Shown: in pieces, positions 44,882-54,793 of the stretch | Layout: every line of letters begins with the position of its first letter | Numbering within the stretch: the first letter of the stretch is position 1 | Source: Acidimicrobiaceae bacterium | GTDB taxonomy: Bacteria > Actinomycetota > Acidimicrobiia > Acidimicrobiales > Aldehydirespiratoraceae | Assembly: GCA_026708645.1 (NCBI GenBank) | Contig: JAPOUM010000026.1 | Coordinates: 513 to 64,512 of the forward strand | Length of the DNA stretch: 64,000 nt | Reading direction: 5' to 3' | Translations under genes and position numbers: made by a program | The notes under the pieces: generated by a model | The model's database searches: none | Told to the model about the DNA's origin: nothing | Seen by the model: only the letters and a program-made list of their open reading frames with translations

Positions 44882-46597
44882 TCAGATCTCCGGCAGCCGA
44901 GGTCCAGCCACACGCAGATCCCCGCGGCGGCGAGTCACTCCCGTGCTGTCGAGATGTGCCAGCAACGCCAGAGCGAACTTGCGGGTGGTGCGCCAGGCGT
45001 CGCGGATCTCCGCCACTGTGACCCCTTCGGGTTTGACGGCCAGCAGCCGAGCCACGGCAGCGGCTGCGCCGGCGACGGCGTCAGCCCCGAAATACAGCCC
45101 GCCGCTCTCCGTCAGCCGGCCCTGACGCACCAGCATCCGCAGTTCGTCGCGGGGCACGCCGTCCGGCGCCGGCGGAGCGAACGGCGCAGCCTCGGCCGCG
45201 GCTGCGAACCAGTGATCCGCCAGAGGATCTCCGCCGCCGTGCCGGATCCGCCCCTCAGCGGATTCCATGCCTTCCACTCCGGTGATCACGGCCCGTTCGA
45301 AGTCGTCCAGGGCCGCCAGGTCAAGGCCGAGCGGCCCGGCGTCGTCAACCGCCTGCAGCAGACGCTGCTCGGTGCTGGCGAGATGATCCGCGGCCACCGC
45401 CCAGCGTCCCAGATCCGCCGGACGGGCGCTGCCGGTCAGTTTCTCGAGATGGGCGACCTCGATCAGGCCGCGCTCGGCGATGATCCTCTCGACGGATCGG
45501 TCGGGACGGGCTCTGGACGCTGCCAGCACCGGTTCGACATCGAGAATCTCGCCGCCGCCGACGGTGGTGGAGCGGCCCCACTCGCGCAGAATGAACCGGT
45601 CGCCCATCGTCAGCGGCAGCCGCGCAGGCAGGTGCAGGCGCACGAAGCCGCTCGACGCGGGCTCGATCGCCGAAGGCCCCAGCACACGCAGCTTCACGGG
45701 ATGCTCGCCCGAGCCGATGTAGGCCACGTAGGCGCCGCGGCGTGTGACGCGATGCTCGAACGACGCCAGCACCGACAACTCGGCGTCGACGGTGTCGCTG
45801 GCCTGCCACTGCCCGGCTCTGACCAGCGCGTCGCCGCGAGCCGCTTCGCGGTGGCCGACCCCGACGACGTTGACCGCCACCCGACTGCCCGGCTCGATCA
45901 CGTCGCAGCGTCGATGCAGGCTCTGCAGGCTGCGCACTCGCACGTCGCGACCCTCCGGCAGCAGCGTCAGGCTGTCGTCGGAAACGAGCCGGCCTCCGGT
46001 CAGGGTCCCGGTCACGACCGTGCCCGAGCCTTTGATCGCGAAAGCCCGGTCCACCCACAACCGGGGGCGCTGCAGATCGCTCGCCGTGGGGGTGCGCGCC
46101 AGCAGGCTGTCGAGCTCGTCGGTCAGCGTGTCGAGGCCGCTGCCGGTGACCGCGTCCGTGGCGACTATCGGCGCCTCTGCCAGGAAGGTGCCCGCCACAT
46201 GCTCGGCCGCGTCGAGGCGCGCCAACTCCACCAGCTCGTCGTCGGCCTCGTCGGCTTTGGTCAGCACCACCAGCCCGTGCCTCAGTCCCAGCAGCTGCAG
46301 GATCCTCAGATGCTCCTCCGACTGGGGTTTCCAGCCTTCGGTGGAGTCCACCACGAACACGCAGGCGTCCACTCCGCTGACCCCTGCGAGCATGTTCTTG
46401 AGGAAGCGGACGTGCCCCGGCACGTCGATGAAGGCCAGCCGCCGCCCCGACGGCAGCGCCAACGACGCGAAACCCAGGTCGATGGTGAGGCCGCGACGCT
46501 TCTCCTCGGCGAGCCGGTCGGGGTCCTCGCCGGTTAGCGCCCGCACCAGAGTGCTTTTGCCGTGGTCGACGTGGCCTGCTGTGGCGACTACATGCAT
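44882..46597 (-). CDS. selB: Selenocysteine-specific elongation factor SelB
   Basis: Starts MHVVATAGHVDHGKSTL (G1), then DVPGH (G3) and TKAD (G4), plus C-terminal winged-helix repeats. The longest ORF (to 47203) overlaps selA and is Arg-rich. Confidence 0.88.
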   Translation of the reverse strand: MHVVATAGHVDHGKSTLVRALTGEDPDRLAEEKRRGLTIDLGFASLALPSGRRLAFIDVPGHVRFLKNMLAGVSGVDACVFVVDSTEGWKPQSEEHLRILQLLGLRHGLVVLTKADEADDELVELARLDAAEHVAGTFLAEAPIVATDAVTGSGLDTLTDELDSLLARTPTASDLQRPRLWVDRAFAIKGSGTVVTGTLTGGRLVSDDSLTLLPEGRDVRVRSLQSLHRRCDVIEPGSRVAVNVVGVGHREAARGDALVRAGQWQASDTVDAELSVLASFEHRVTRRGAYVAYIGSGEHPVKLRVLGPSAIEPASSGFVRLHLPARLPLTMGDRFILREWGRSTTVGGGEILDVEPVLAASRARPDRSVERIIAERGLIEVAHLEKLTGSARPADLGRWAVAADHLASTEQRLLQAVDDAGPLGLDLAALDDFERAVITGVEGMESAEGRIRHGGGDPLADHWFAAAAEAAPFAPPAPDGVPRDELRMLVRQGRLTESGGLYFGADAVAGAAAAVARLLAVKPEGVTVAEIRDAWRTTRKFALALLAHLDSTGVTRRRGDLRVAGPRLPEI

Positions 46598-46635
46598 CGT
46601 TGACGGGGGGAGGGAGGCGCCTTCGCTCGGCGGGC

Positions 46636-47907
46636 TCAATCCGACGGCTGCGCGGCTGCCTGACGCAGCGCGTCGGCTACTTCGGCGTCGTCGTCGGGAT
46701 GCACGGTCCGCAGATCCACGACGGTCGCGTCGTCGCGGACCCGAGCGATGATCGGCCGCGGCCGCGACCTCAGCCTGCCGGTGCAGTCTCCGGCCACGGA
46801 CACCCCCAGCGACTCGATCTCCACGCCGGGAAGAGTGCCGCCGCCGGGAGTGGACGAAGCTTCCGTCGCCTGCAGGCCTTCGTAGGCGCCGAGGCGGCTG
46901 CGCAGCTGCTCGGTGCTGAGCACGGCCATGCGCCAGAAGTCGATGGCTTCGCCGTCTCGGCGCAGATAAGCCAAAGCGGTCTCCTGCAAAGCGGCCAGCA
47001 CCAGCGAGCCGGGCCGCAGGGCGCGGGCCAGCGGATGCTTGCGGCAGGCTTCCACCAGATCGGCGCGCCCGGCGATGACGCCGGCCTGCGGACCGCCGAA
47101 GAGCTTGTCGCCCGAGAAGGTCACGAGGCTCGCGCCCGCCTCCAGACTCTGGCGCGCGGCCGGCTCGGCGTCCAGCCATCCGGGCGGCCCGCCGGTCAGC
47201 CACGGGCAGCGACTGTCCAGCAAACCCGAACCGATGTTGGACACCAGCGGCGGCCCGAGGCTCGCGAGCTCAGCGGTGCGGGGGGCTTCGGTGTAGCCCA
47301 CCAGCCGGAAGTTGGACCTGTGGACTTGCACCACCAGCGCCGCGTCGCTGCCGGGATCAGCCAGCGCGGCGGCGTAGTCCTCCCAGCGTGTGCGGTTGGT
47401 GGTGCCCACCTCCACCAGCTTCGCTCCCGACCAGGCCATCACGTCGGGCACACGGAAACCGCCGCCGATCTCCACCAGCTCGCCTCGCGAGACCAGCGCC
47501 TCGCGGCCCTGCGCCAAAGCTGCGAGCGTCAGCAGCACCGCGGCGGCGCAGTTGTTGACCACCATCGCCGACTCGGCGCCGCACGCCTGAGCCAGCAGCA
47601 TCCCGATCCCTCGCTGCCGGTCGCCGCGGCCGCCGGTGTCCAGATCCAGTTCCAGGTTGGAGTAGTCGGCGTTCTGCGACCAACTCAGCGGAGCTCGCCC
47701 CAGATTGGTGTGGAGCAGCACGCCGGTGCCGTTGATCACCGGCGCCAGCAGGCGCCTGCTGATGACGCGGGCGCGTTCGACGGCCGAGTCCGGGTCGCCT
47801 GCTGCGATGGCCTGACGGGCGGCGTCCACCAGCAGCGCCATGGGCAGGCCGACGTGGTCCAGTGAGCGGGCTAGCCGGTCGACTGAAGGCGGTCGGTCCT
47901 GCGGCAT
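46636..47907 (-). CDS. selA: L-seryl-tRNA(Sec) selenium transferase SelA
   Basis: LLHTNLGRAPL and the PLP-lysine motif FSGDKLFGGPQAG. Confidence 0.88.
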   Translation of the reverse strand: MPQDRPPSVDRLARSLDHVGLPMALLVDAARQAIAAGDPDSAVERARVISRRLLAPVINGTGVLLHTNLGRAPLSWSQNADYSNLELDLDTGGRGDRQRGIGMLLAQACGAESAMVVNNCAAAVLLTLAALAQGREALVSRGELVEIGGGFRVPDVMAWSGAKLVEVGTTNRTRWEDYAAALADPGSDAALVVQVHRSNFRLVGYTEAPRTAELASLGPPLVSNIGSGLLDSRCPWLTGGPPGWLDAEPAARQSLEAGASLVTFSGDKLFGGPQAGVIAGRADLVEACRKHPLARALRPGSLVLAALQETALAYLRRDGEAIDFWRMAVLSTEQLRSRLGAYEGLQATEASSTPGGGTLPGVEIESLGVSVAGDCTGRLRSRPRPIIARVRDDATVVDLRTVHPDDDAEVADALRQAAAQPSD

Positions 47908-47990
47908 CCGCCCTCAGGCTAGACGGGCAGGCTCTTTTCGGTTCCACTCGGCACCGTGCCGGTTAGGGCTCGTCTTGAGGCTCTGCGCCG

Positions 47991-48557
47991 ATGCGGACGC
48001 TCGGGCCGTACGCTAGGAACGTGTTCGGCGTTCTGCTGCTGCTCTTGCTCGGCATGCCGCTGCTGGAGTTGTACGTGATCATCGTGGTGGCCGACCAGAC
48101 GGGCGCAGGCGCTGCCATCGCGCTGCTCGTGCTGGTGTCTGTGGTGGGCGCCTGGATGGTGCGCCGCTCGGGGATCGGGGTGCTCAACCAGATCCGCCGC
48201 CGCCTCGATGACGGCCAGCTGCCCGCAAAAGAGTTGGTGGACGGCGTGTTGATCCTGGTCGCGGGCGCCCTGATGCTGACGCCCGGTTTCGTCACCGACG
48301 CCGTGGGTTTGGGACTGCTTTTGCTGCCCGTGCGCGTGCTGACGCGGAATCTGCTGATGAGACGCTTCGTCAGGCGGGTCACGCTCGCCGCGGCGACGCC
48401 TGGGCCCGGGTCGTGGCAGGCCGCTTCATGGGACGTCGAAGCTCCCCCCGGCGGTAGCGCTCGACGCGGGCAGCGTGACGTCTGGGACGTGCAAGAGGTG
48501 CGAGAAGCGCGCCAGGCGCCGGGACGCGGCCCGGTCGATCCGCCCGACGTGACTTGA
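47991..48557 (+). CDS. fxsA: FxsA-family membrane protein
   Basis: LLELYVIIVVA...GALMLTPGFVTDAVGLGLLLLPVR is typical of FxsA/UPF0716. Confidence 0.75.
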   Translation: MRTLGPYARNVFGVLLLLLLGMPLLELYVIIVVADQTGAGAAIALLVLVSVVGAWMVRRSGIGVLNQIRRRLDDGQLPAKELVDGVLILVAGALMLTPGFVTDAVGLGLLLLPVRVLTRNLLMRRFVRRVTLAAATPGPGSWQAASWDVEAPPGGSARRGQRDVWDVQEVREARQAPGRGPVDPPDVT

Positions 48558-48757
48558 GGCATACCGCCGGACGAGACGACCGGCCTGCGCGAACGACGGA
48601 TATCGACTCCTCCGCACCGGTGTTGCCTGCGCGGTCTGGGTGCAGCCTCGCCCGATTTTTAGGGCGTGCGATCAGGGTGTGCGATCGCTGAGTGCCGCGG
48701 TGACATACTTAGACTGCGAACCGAACACAAGGCAATGAGCCGACCACAAGGCAAGGT

Positions 48758-49909
48758 GTGAAGATGGCAGTGTCAAGCGCATTAGCGACCTCTCGGAGGT
48801 CGCTCGTGGCTGCCGTTGCGGCTGTGCTGATCGCAATCGCTGCACTGGTCGTTGCGTCGCTTAGCGGATCAGACTCGGGCTCGGCCGACAGCGACGACAC
48901 CTCGGAGGCTCTGGCTGAAGCTGCTGCGCTGCTGACCGACGTCCAGGAGACCGTGGCCGCAGCTCAGGCTGCAGCCGACCGCGCCCAGGAAGCGGCGGCG
49001 CGGGTCTCAGCCGCTTCGACTGCTGCCGAGCAGGCCGCGGCCGACGCCGCGTCCGCCTCTGAACTGGCTCGAGAATCGGCTGCGTCCGCCGCTGTGGAAG
49101 CGGCCGCGGCGTCGCGTCTGGTCGCAGGCGCCTCGCCTGACGGCAGCGCCGCCGACACGCCGTCAGACTCCACGGACAGCGACGACGCCGACGACCCGCC
49201 CGAAGTCCCGACAGACGGCGAGAGCGGGGCTGCTGCAGCATCCGAGGACGAACTGCCGGGTGAGCCCTACAACGACTACGGTCCTGCCTCAGGCGCCGCT
49301 CTGGCGGTGGTGGGCGTCGAATACGACTCCAGGCTCAACGTGCGCGACGTTCCCATAGGCGATGTCGTCGCCCGTCTCAGCAACTCGATCAACGCCGACA
49401 GTGAGTCTGCTGTGATCGTGAGCGCGCCCGACTCGCCTGAGCGTCTCGCCACTCTCGACTTGAACAGCGGCGTGATAGCCACCGGCAACACCCGCAGACT
49501 GAAGACCACGGTGTGGCACGAGATCCGCATGGGCGCCATGCGGGGCTGGGCTTCCAGCGCGTTCCTGTCGCCTTTGGGCGCCAACTCGGACGTTACCGCT
49601 GACGTGATCGACAGCCTCGGTGAGACGCCTTCGGCGCCGTCGCTGACCCAGATGGCGCAGATCGTCGCCCGATGGGCCGCGGCCGGCGACTCGTCGTCGC
49701 GCGTCGTGGTGTCGGGAGCGCCCGTCGACGGAGATCCCGGCGAAGTCACGGTCGACGTTCTGGATCTGCCCGACGATTCCATCCGCGGCTACCGGCTGCA
49801 GATTTCCGCCGCGAGGGACAACTCCGGGCCTTACACGCTGCGAAGCGTGGAGTCCACGCTGATCTGCAGCAGCCACCGAGGGGTCAGCGACTCGGGAGTG
49901 TGCAACTAG
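48758..49909 (+). CDS. Membrane-anchored hypothetical protein with an Ala-rich low-complexity linker and a C-terminal globular (SH3b-like?) domain
   Basis: One N-terminal TM, an AAAQAAADRAQEAAARV-type region and high GC3. No confident family call. Confidence 0.5.
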   Translation: MKMAVSSALATSRRSLVAAVAAVLIAIAALVVASLSGSDSGSADSDDTSEALAEAAALLTDVQETVAAAQAAADRAQEAAARVSAASTAAEQAAADAASASELARESAASAAVEAAAASRLVAGASPDGSAADTPSDSTDSDDADDPPEVPTDGESGAAAASEDELPGEPYNDYGPASGAALAVVGVEYDSRLNVRDVPIGDVVARLSNSINADSESAVIVSAPDSPERLATLDLNSGVIATGNTRRLKTTVWHEIRMGAMRGWASSAFLSPLGANSDVTADVIDSLGETPSAPSLTQMAQIVARWAAAGDSSSRVVVSGAPVDGDPGEVTVDVLDLPDDSIRGYRLQISAARDNSGPYTLRSVESTLICSSHRGVSDSGVCN

Positions 49910-50005
49910 CCTGCGCGCCGCAGACCGCCTGACGCCGCAGCGCAGGCTTGGCCGGAGAGCCGCAGACTGCTTGGCGCCGCGTGCGACAAGACCCGCCGCC
50001 GGGAT

Positions 50006-51178
50006 TCAGGATTCAGCGTTGTCGAGCGCGTCGAGTGCTGCGGCCGCCGCGTCGAGCATCCGCGCGCTGCAGCCGGCCATCTCCACCGGCGGCACATGCT
50101 CGGATGACAGCGCCTCGGCCACCGCCTTGAACGCCGCGGCTGCGGCGCCTTCGCCGAGCACCGCCGGCTCGCCCCGGTCAGAGCCGTCGGCCACAGCCGC
50201 CTCGAGCGGGATCCGCCCCAGCAGCGGCGCACCGACCTCGGCCGCGAGCGTGTCGCCGCCGCCCGAGCCGAAGACCGCGTGCTGCTCCCCGGTCGCGGTG
50301 ACGAGAGCGCTCATGTTCTCGATCACGCCCACGATCCGCAGATAGTTCTTGCGGCCCATGTCCACCACCCTGGCCGCCACTTTCTGAGCGGCTACCGCAG
50401 GCGTGGTCACCACGATCATCTCGGCTCGCGGCAGCATCTTGGCCAGGCCCATCTGCACGTCTCCCGTGCCGGGCGGCATGTCGATCAGCAGGTAGTCCAG
50501 GTCGTCGCTCCAGGCGACGTCTTCGCAGAAATGCTGCACCGCTCGGTTGAGCATCAGCCCGCGCCACATCAGCGCCGAGTCTTCGCGGTCGACCAAGAAC
50601 CCCATCGACACCACATCGAGGCGCCCGTCGCCGATGCTGCGCGTGATCGGCACGATCCTGCCTTCGAGCGAGCGCAGGTCGCCGCCCACGCCCAGCATCC
50701 GCGGAACCGAATAGCCCCAGATGTCGGCGTCCATCACGCCCACTTTGAAACTGAGCGCGGCCAACGCCGCAGCCAGGTTGGTGGTGACCGTGGACTTGCC
50801 CACGCCCCCCTTGCCGCTGGCCACCATGAGCACCTTGGTGGTGGGCGGAATGGCGGTGTCCGGCGCCTGCTGGGCCACGTTGAAACGCGCCTTCGCCATG
50901 GCCGCGGCCTTCTCTTCGGCGGTCAGTTCACCCCAGAGGATGCGCACTTTGGTGACGCCCGGCAGCGACTCCAGGCGCGCTTTGACGTCGCGCTGGATCT
51001 GAGCCCGCAGCGGGCATCCCGAAGTGGTCAAAGCGATCTTGATGCGTATCTCGCCCTCGTCGGACACTTCGGCGCCGCGGGCCATCCCCAGTTCCACGAG
51101 GTTGCTGCCCAGTTCAGGGTCGATCACGCCTCGCATCATGTCCATCACGTCCTCCGATGTGGGCAAGGCCGCGATCAT
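50006..51178 (-). CDS. Mrp/ApbC/NBP35-family Fe-S cluster carrier ATPase with an N-terminal DUF59 domain
   Basis: DUF59 (VIDPELGSNLVELGM...TTSGCPL), the deviant Walker A SGKGGVGKST and a conserved CxxC-like region. The ATG at 51178 lies within ORF 50006-51298. Confidence 0.88.
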   Translation of the reverse strand: MIAALPTSEDVMDMMRGVIDPELGSNLVELGMARGAEVSDEGEIRIKIALTTSGCPLRAQIQRDVKARLESLPGVTKVRILWGELTAEEKAAAMAKARFNVAQQAPDTAIPPTTKVLMVASGKGGVGKSTVTTNLAAALAALSFKVGVMDADIWGYSVPRMLGVGGDLRSLEGRIVPITRSIGDGRLDVVSMGFLVDREDSALMWRGLMLNRAVQHFCEDVAWSDDLDYLLIDMPPGTGDVQMGLAKMLPRAEMIVVTTPAVAAQKVAARVVDMGRKNYLRIVGVIENMSALVTATGEQHAVFGSGGGDTLAAEVGAPLLGRIPLEAAVADGSDRGEPAVLGEGAAAAAFKAVAEALSSEHVPPVEMAGCSARMLDAAAAALDALDNAES

Positions 51179-51345
51179 GGCTGCGATGCTAGCGGGGCCG
51201 TGTCGAGCGTCGTTCCGGCGACGCCGCGTCCGGTAGTCGCGGCTGACGGCAGACGCTAAATTGTACGCTGTCCTCACCAAAGAACTAAACACCAGCACCC
51301 AACACCAGCACTCAACACCGAAGCACTCAACACGGAGACACGGTC

Positions 51346-51666
51346 GTGATCACACTCACAGACAAAGCATCCGACAAGGTTTCTCAGCTGATCAAAGCCG
51401 AGGACACAGAAGGGCTGTCGCTGCGAGTGGCTGTGCAGCCCGGCGGCTGCTCGGGATTCTCATATGAGATGTATTTCGACAGCGACATAGCCGACACCGA
51501 CACCACAGCGATGTTCGGCGACGTGAAAGTGGTGGTCGACCCCTCCTCTGCGATGCTGCTCGCAGGCGCCACGCTCGACTACTCCGACAGCCTGCAGTCG
51601 GCGGGGTTCTCGATCGACAACCCCAACGCTCAGCGCACCTGCGGCTGCGGACAGAGCTTCAGCTAG
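51346..51666 (+). CDS. erpA: Iron-sulfur cluster insertion protein ErpA/IscA (HesB family)
   Basis: GGCSGFSY and a C-terminal CGCGQSF. 106 aa. Confidence 0.9.
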   Translation: MITLTDKASDKVSQLIKAEDTEGLSLRVAVQPGGCSGFSYEMYFDSDIADTDTTAMFGDVKVVVDPSSAMLLAGATLDYSDSLQSAGFSIDNPNAQRTCGCGQSFS

Positions 51667-51670
51667 CCCC

Positions 51671-51740
51671 AGGCCGAAGGCCTGAGCACAAGCGGCCGAG
51701 CCTTTCGGCCCATGGAGGCGCAGGCGCGGGCTGAGCCCGC
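51671..51740 (+). terminator. Three consecutive GC-rich hairpins downstream of erpA
   Basis: AGGCCGAAGGCCT (51671-51683), GGCCGAGCCTTTCGGCC (51694-51710) and GCGGGCTGAGCCCGC (51725-51740). No U-tract is present. Confidence 0.35.
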
Positions 51741-51824
51741 TTAGCCTGCCTGGTCCGCGGCTTCCCCTCGCCCTCAGAGGCTTCGCCTTCGGGCCTCAGA
51801 ACCCCGGAACGCGGCGAAGCCGGT

Positions 51825-52028
51825 TCAGAGCGGGCGCGGATAGTCGGTTTCGGCTTCTTTGCGGGCCAGCTGCAAGTACTCGTTCGGTCCGTCCTCGCTG
51901 CGGTTGGACGCGTCGGATTCGGCCTTCAGGAAGCCGCCCAGAAGCGCTGTCAGCACCGCGCCGCCCATCAACACCATCACCGGGAAGACCACCAGCAGCA
52001 CTGTCACCATGATTATCGCTCCGGCCAT
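51825..52028 (-). CDS. Small membrane protein (67 aa)
   Basis: One long hydrophobic segment (AIIMVTVLLVVFPVMVLMGGAVLTALLGGF) and a charged tail. High GC3. Confidence 0.4.
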   Translation of the reverse strand: MAGAIIMVTVLLVVFPVMVLMGGAVLTALLGGFLKAESDASNRSEDGPNEYLQLARKEAETDYPRPL

Positions 52029-52118
52029 GTCGAAGATCCTAGGCCCCGAGCGACGCTGCCGCCGAGCTGATCAGCTCACAGCGCAGGCAGCAGGCAGCCA
52101 GACAGGCCCCGAGCTTTC

Positions 52119-53258
52119 TCAGGGACTGGTCGGACGCGCCAGCGTGTCGCTCACCAGCGCGTCGACCACAGCCTTCAGAGCTTCGCCGTCGTCGGCCCCG
52201 TCAGCGATTGCTTGCCGGTGTACGGCCAGTTGGCGATCCGCGGACGTGCCGCGCCGGCTGATGGCTCGGGCGTGCTCCACTTCGGTCACGCAGTCCAACG
52301 CTCGGGCGTCGGGCATGACCAACTCGATCATCTCCTCCAACAGGTCGCCGAAAGGCACCAGCGATCCCTTGCCCAAGTCGATCAGGTCGCCTTCGGTGCC
52401 GTAGCGCTGCGCCCGCCAGAGGTTCTCCGCTATCAGGAAGTTGGCGTAGCTGCGCCAGCGCCGGTTCTCCACCTTGAGCCGCCAGAGCATTCGCAGCAGA
52501 CACACGTACAAAGCAGCGACGGCGATGGTGTCCTCCATCCGGGTGGGCAGATCAGCCACCCGCACCTCCAAGGTGGGGTAGCGCTCCGAAGGGCGGATGT
52601 GCCACCAGACCATGCTGGAATCTTTGATCACCCCGGCTTTCACCAGCATGTCGGTGTGGCGCTTGAAGTCCGACCAAGAGCCGAACTTCTCGGGCAGCCC
52701 GGTGCGCGGCAGCGTCTCCATCACCGACATGCGGTAGCTCTTGAGGCCGGTGTTGCGTCCCTCCCAGAACGGCGAAGAAGTCGACAGTGCCAGCAGATGC
52801 GGCAGGAAGTAGGTGACCTGGTCCATCAGATCGATCCGCAGGTCGGGATCCTCGATGCCCACGTGGACGTGCATGCCCGACACGACGAGCCGCCGCGTCA
52901 CGCCCTGCAGGTCGGCGGTGATCGCCTGGTAGCGCTCGCCTTCGGTGTACTCCTGTTGCAGCCACCGCGCGAACGGGTGCGACGACGCGGCGATCGGCGC
53001 CATGCCGTGTTCGGCCGCCGCCTCAGCCACTGCCAGACGCAGCATGCCGATCTCGGCCCGCAGATCGCGGACGCTGCTGCAGACCTCGGTGCCGATCTCG
53101 ATCTGTGAGCTGAACAGCTCTCGGGCCACCAAGCCGTAGTCCAGATTCGCGACCTTCTCGAGCAGTCCGGGCGGCTGTTTGGTGATGAGTGCGCCGGTGT
53201 CGCGCTCCACCAGCAGGTACTCCTCTTCGATGCCCATCGTCCAGGTTGGCTCGTCCAT
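52119..53258 (-). CDS. Carboxylate-amine ligase (YbdK / glutamate-cysteine ligase family 2)
   Basis: MGIEEEYLLV start, HVHVG and the overall GCS2 pattern. 379 aa. Confidence 0.82.
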   Translation of the reverse strand: MDEPTWTMGIEEEYLLVERDTGALITKQPPGLLEKVANLDYGLVARELFSSQIEIGTEVCSSVRDLRAEIGMLRLAVAEAAAEHGMAPIAASSHPFARWLQQEYTEGERYQAITADLQGVTRRLVVSGMHVHVGIEDPDLRIDLMDQVTYFLPHLLALSTSSPFWEGRNTGLKSYRMSVMETLPRTGLPEKFGSWSDFKRHTDMLVKAGVIKDSSMVWWHIRPSERYPTLEVRVADLPTRMEDTIAVAALYVCLLRMLWRLKVENRRWRSYANFLIAENLWRAQRYGTEGDLIDLGKGSLVPFGDLLEEMIELVMPDARALDCVTEVEHARAISRRGTSADRQLAVHRQAIADGADDGEALKAVVDALVSDTLARPTSP

Positions 53259-53355
53259 CCGTGAAGCTCTCCTATCCCATGTCGGCGCGAGATTAGCCGC
53301 TGAGGCCTCGGTTCATCATGGCAGCCGGCAGGAAGCGGCCAAGAACGCGGCCAAA

Positions 53356-53389
53356 GCCGGGGCGCCGACTTGTGTGCGGGCGCCCCGGC
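53356..53389 (-). terminator. 11-bp perfect GC stem hairpin downstream of potD
   Basis: GCCGGGGCGCC-12 nt-GGCGCCCCGGC, ~80 nt after the potD stop on the minus strand. Confidence 0.45.
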
Positions 53390-53468
53390 CTCGCAGGCTT
53401 AAGCGAACAGGTAAACGAACAGGAGAGCCGAGCCGGCAGTCGGTAGAAGAAGCGTCGGCCTGTCAGTG

Positions 53469-54635
53469 TCAGCTCTTGGCTCTGCTGTGCTGGTCTTGGA
53501 TCAGCACTTGGCGCTCGCCCGCTTGGGGGATCAACTCGAGCCTTTCGGTCACCTCAGGCGGCGGATAGATCCCGGGATCTCCGAGGATCTCGGCGTCGAC
53601 GAAAGGAGTGGCGGCTGCGTTGGGGCTGCCGTAGAAGGTCCAGTTGGTGAGCTGGGCGCCGTTTTGCGCGTCGGTCAAGAAGTTGATCATGGCGTGAGCC
53701 GAGCAGACGTTGTTGGCGTTGTGGGGAATGGCCATGGTGTCCACCCAGCGCACCGCGCCCTCCTTGGGGATGGTGTAGACGTGAGTGTCATAGGCGTCGG
53801 CGTTGTCGATAGACAGCGCGAAACCGCCGCTCCAGCCGTGGGACACGTCCACTTCGCCGTTGACCAAGTCGTCGCCGTAGGTGGCCGAGTCGTATTTGAC
53901 GAGTCGAGCGTTGGTGGCGCGCAGCAGGTCGCCGGCTTCGCGGATGGCGCCTTCGGAGTCTTCGTATTCGCCGCTGAACACGTCCGCGATGCTGTAGCCG
54001 AGATATTTCAGCGCCGCTGAGACAGTCTCGGGGGCGTCGTCGAGCATGGAGATGCCTCCGGGCGCCAATGCCGCAACCTCCGGGTCGAAGATCACTGCCC
54101 AAGTGGATTCGCCGCCCAGCTCTTCGAGCACGTCGTAGGTCATGCCGATGCCCGTGGTGCCCCACTGGAAAGCCACGTGGTACTTGTGCTCGGGATCGAA
54201 CGGCGGGTTCTGGAACTCGTCGCCGATGTTGGCTGCGTTGGGTATGGCGTCGTAGTTCAGCTCGAGCAGCAGGTCGTCGAATCGCATGGTGGCGAGCATG
54301 TAGTCAGACGGCACCACCAAGTCGTATATGGCGGCTTCCTCCTCCACCTTCTCGAGCATCTCCTCGTTGGACTCATAAGTGGTGTACTGGACGTTGATGC
54401 CGGTCTCTGCGGTGAACTTGGTGAGCAGGTCCTCGTCCATGTAGTCGACCCAGTTGTAGAACACCAAGTCACCGTCGCCCACTCCCGGTTCGCAGTCGGA
54501 GGCTGCCGACGCGTCTTCGTCCTCACCGCAGGCAGCGGCCAGCATCGCCAGAGCGGCGACGGCAGCCGCCAGCACCACGAGCCTGCGTCTGCGCGGGCTC
54601 TGCCGGCGGACAAGGGTTTGTGTCGAGGCGGTCAT
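53469..54635 (-). CDS. potD: Spermidine/putrescine ABC transporter substrate-binding lipoprotein
   Basis: Lipobox LAAAC, and a PotD/PotF-like pattern (YNWVDYM..., VPSDYM, WGTTGI). GGGAGGA lies upstream of the ATG at 54635. Confidence 0.82.
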   Translation of the reverse strand: MTASTQTLVRRQSPRRRRLVVLAAAVAALAMLAAACGEDEDASAASDCEPGVGDGDLVFYNWVDYMDEDLLTKFTAETGINVQYTTYESNEEMLEKVEEEAAIYDLVVPSDYMLATMRFDDLLLELNYDAIPNAANIGDEFQNPPFDPEHKYHVAFQWGTTGIGMTYDVLEELGGESTWAVIFDPEVAALAPGGISMLDDAPETVSAALKYLGYSIADVFSGEYEDSEGAIREAGDLLRATNARLVKYDSATYGDDLVNGEVDVSHGWSGGFALSIDNADAYDTHVYTIPKEGAVRWVDTMAIPHNANNVCSAHAMINFLTDAQNGAQLTNWTFYGSPNAAATPFVDAEILGDPGIYPPPEVTERLELIPQAGERQVLIQDQHSRAKS

Positions 54636-54793
54636 GGATCCTCCCTGAAGGGCTAAGTCGGGCTTGAACCCGGATGCGCAGACTATAGAGGATGACGAGC
54701 TGCGCTGCCCGGCTGAACCGCGCTTTAGGACCGGGTTTCCGGGCTGCGGCGGGCCGCGACGATCTCTCACCCGCCGGCGCGCTCTCGGACGCG

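Noticed and set aside
44954-47865. Long plus-strand ORFs 44954-46537 and 46600-47865, and the 773-aa extended version of selB (to 47203).
   Set aside because: The plus-strand ORFs are antisense shadows of selB and selA. SelB clearly starts at MHVVATAGHVDHGKST (46597), and the upstream extension is Arg-rich and overlaps selA.
47908-47990. tRNA-Sec (selC) expected next to selA/selB. 44813-44881 was also checked.
   Set aside because: There is no TCA-anticodon stem-loop or long-acceptor cloverleaf, and the intervals are shorter than a ~95-nt tRNA-Sec.
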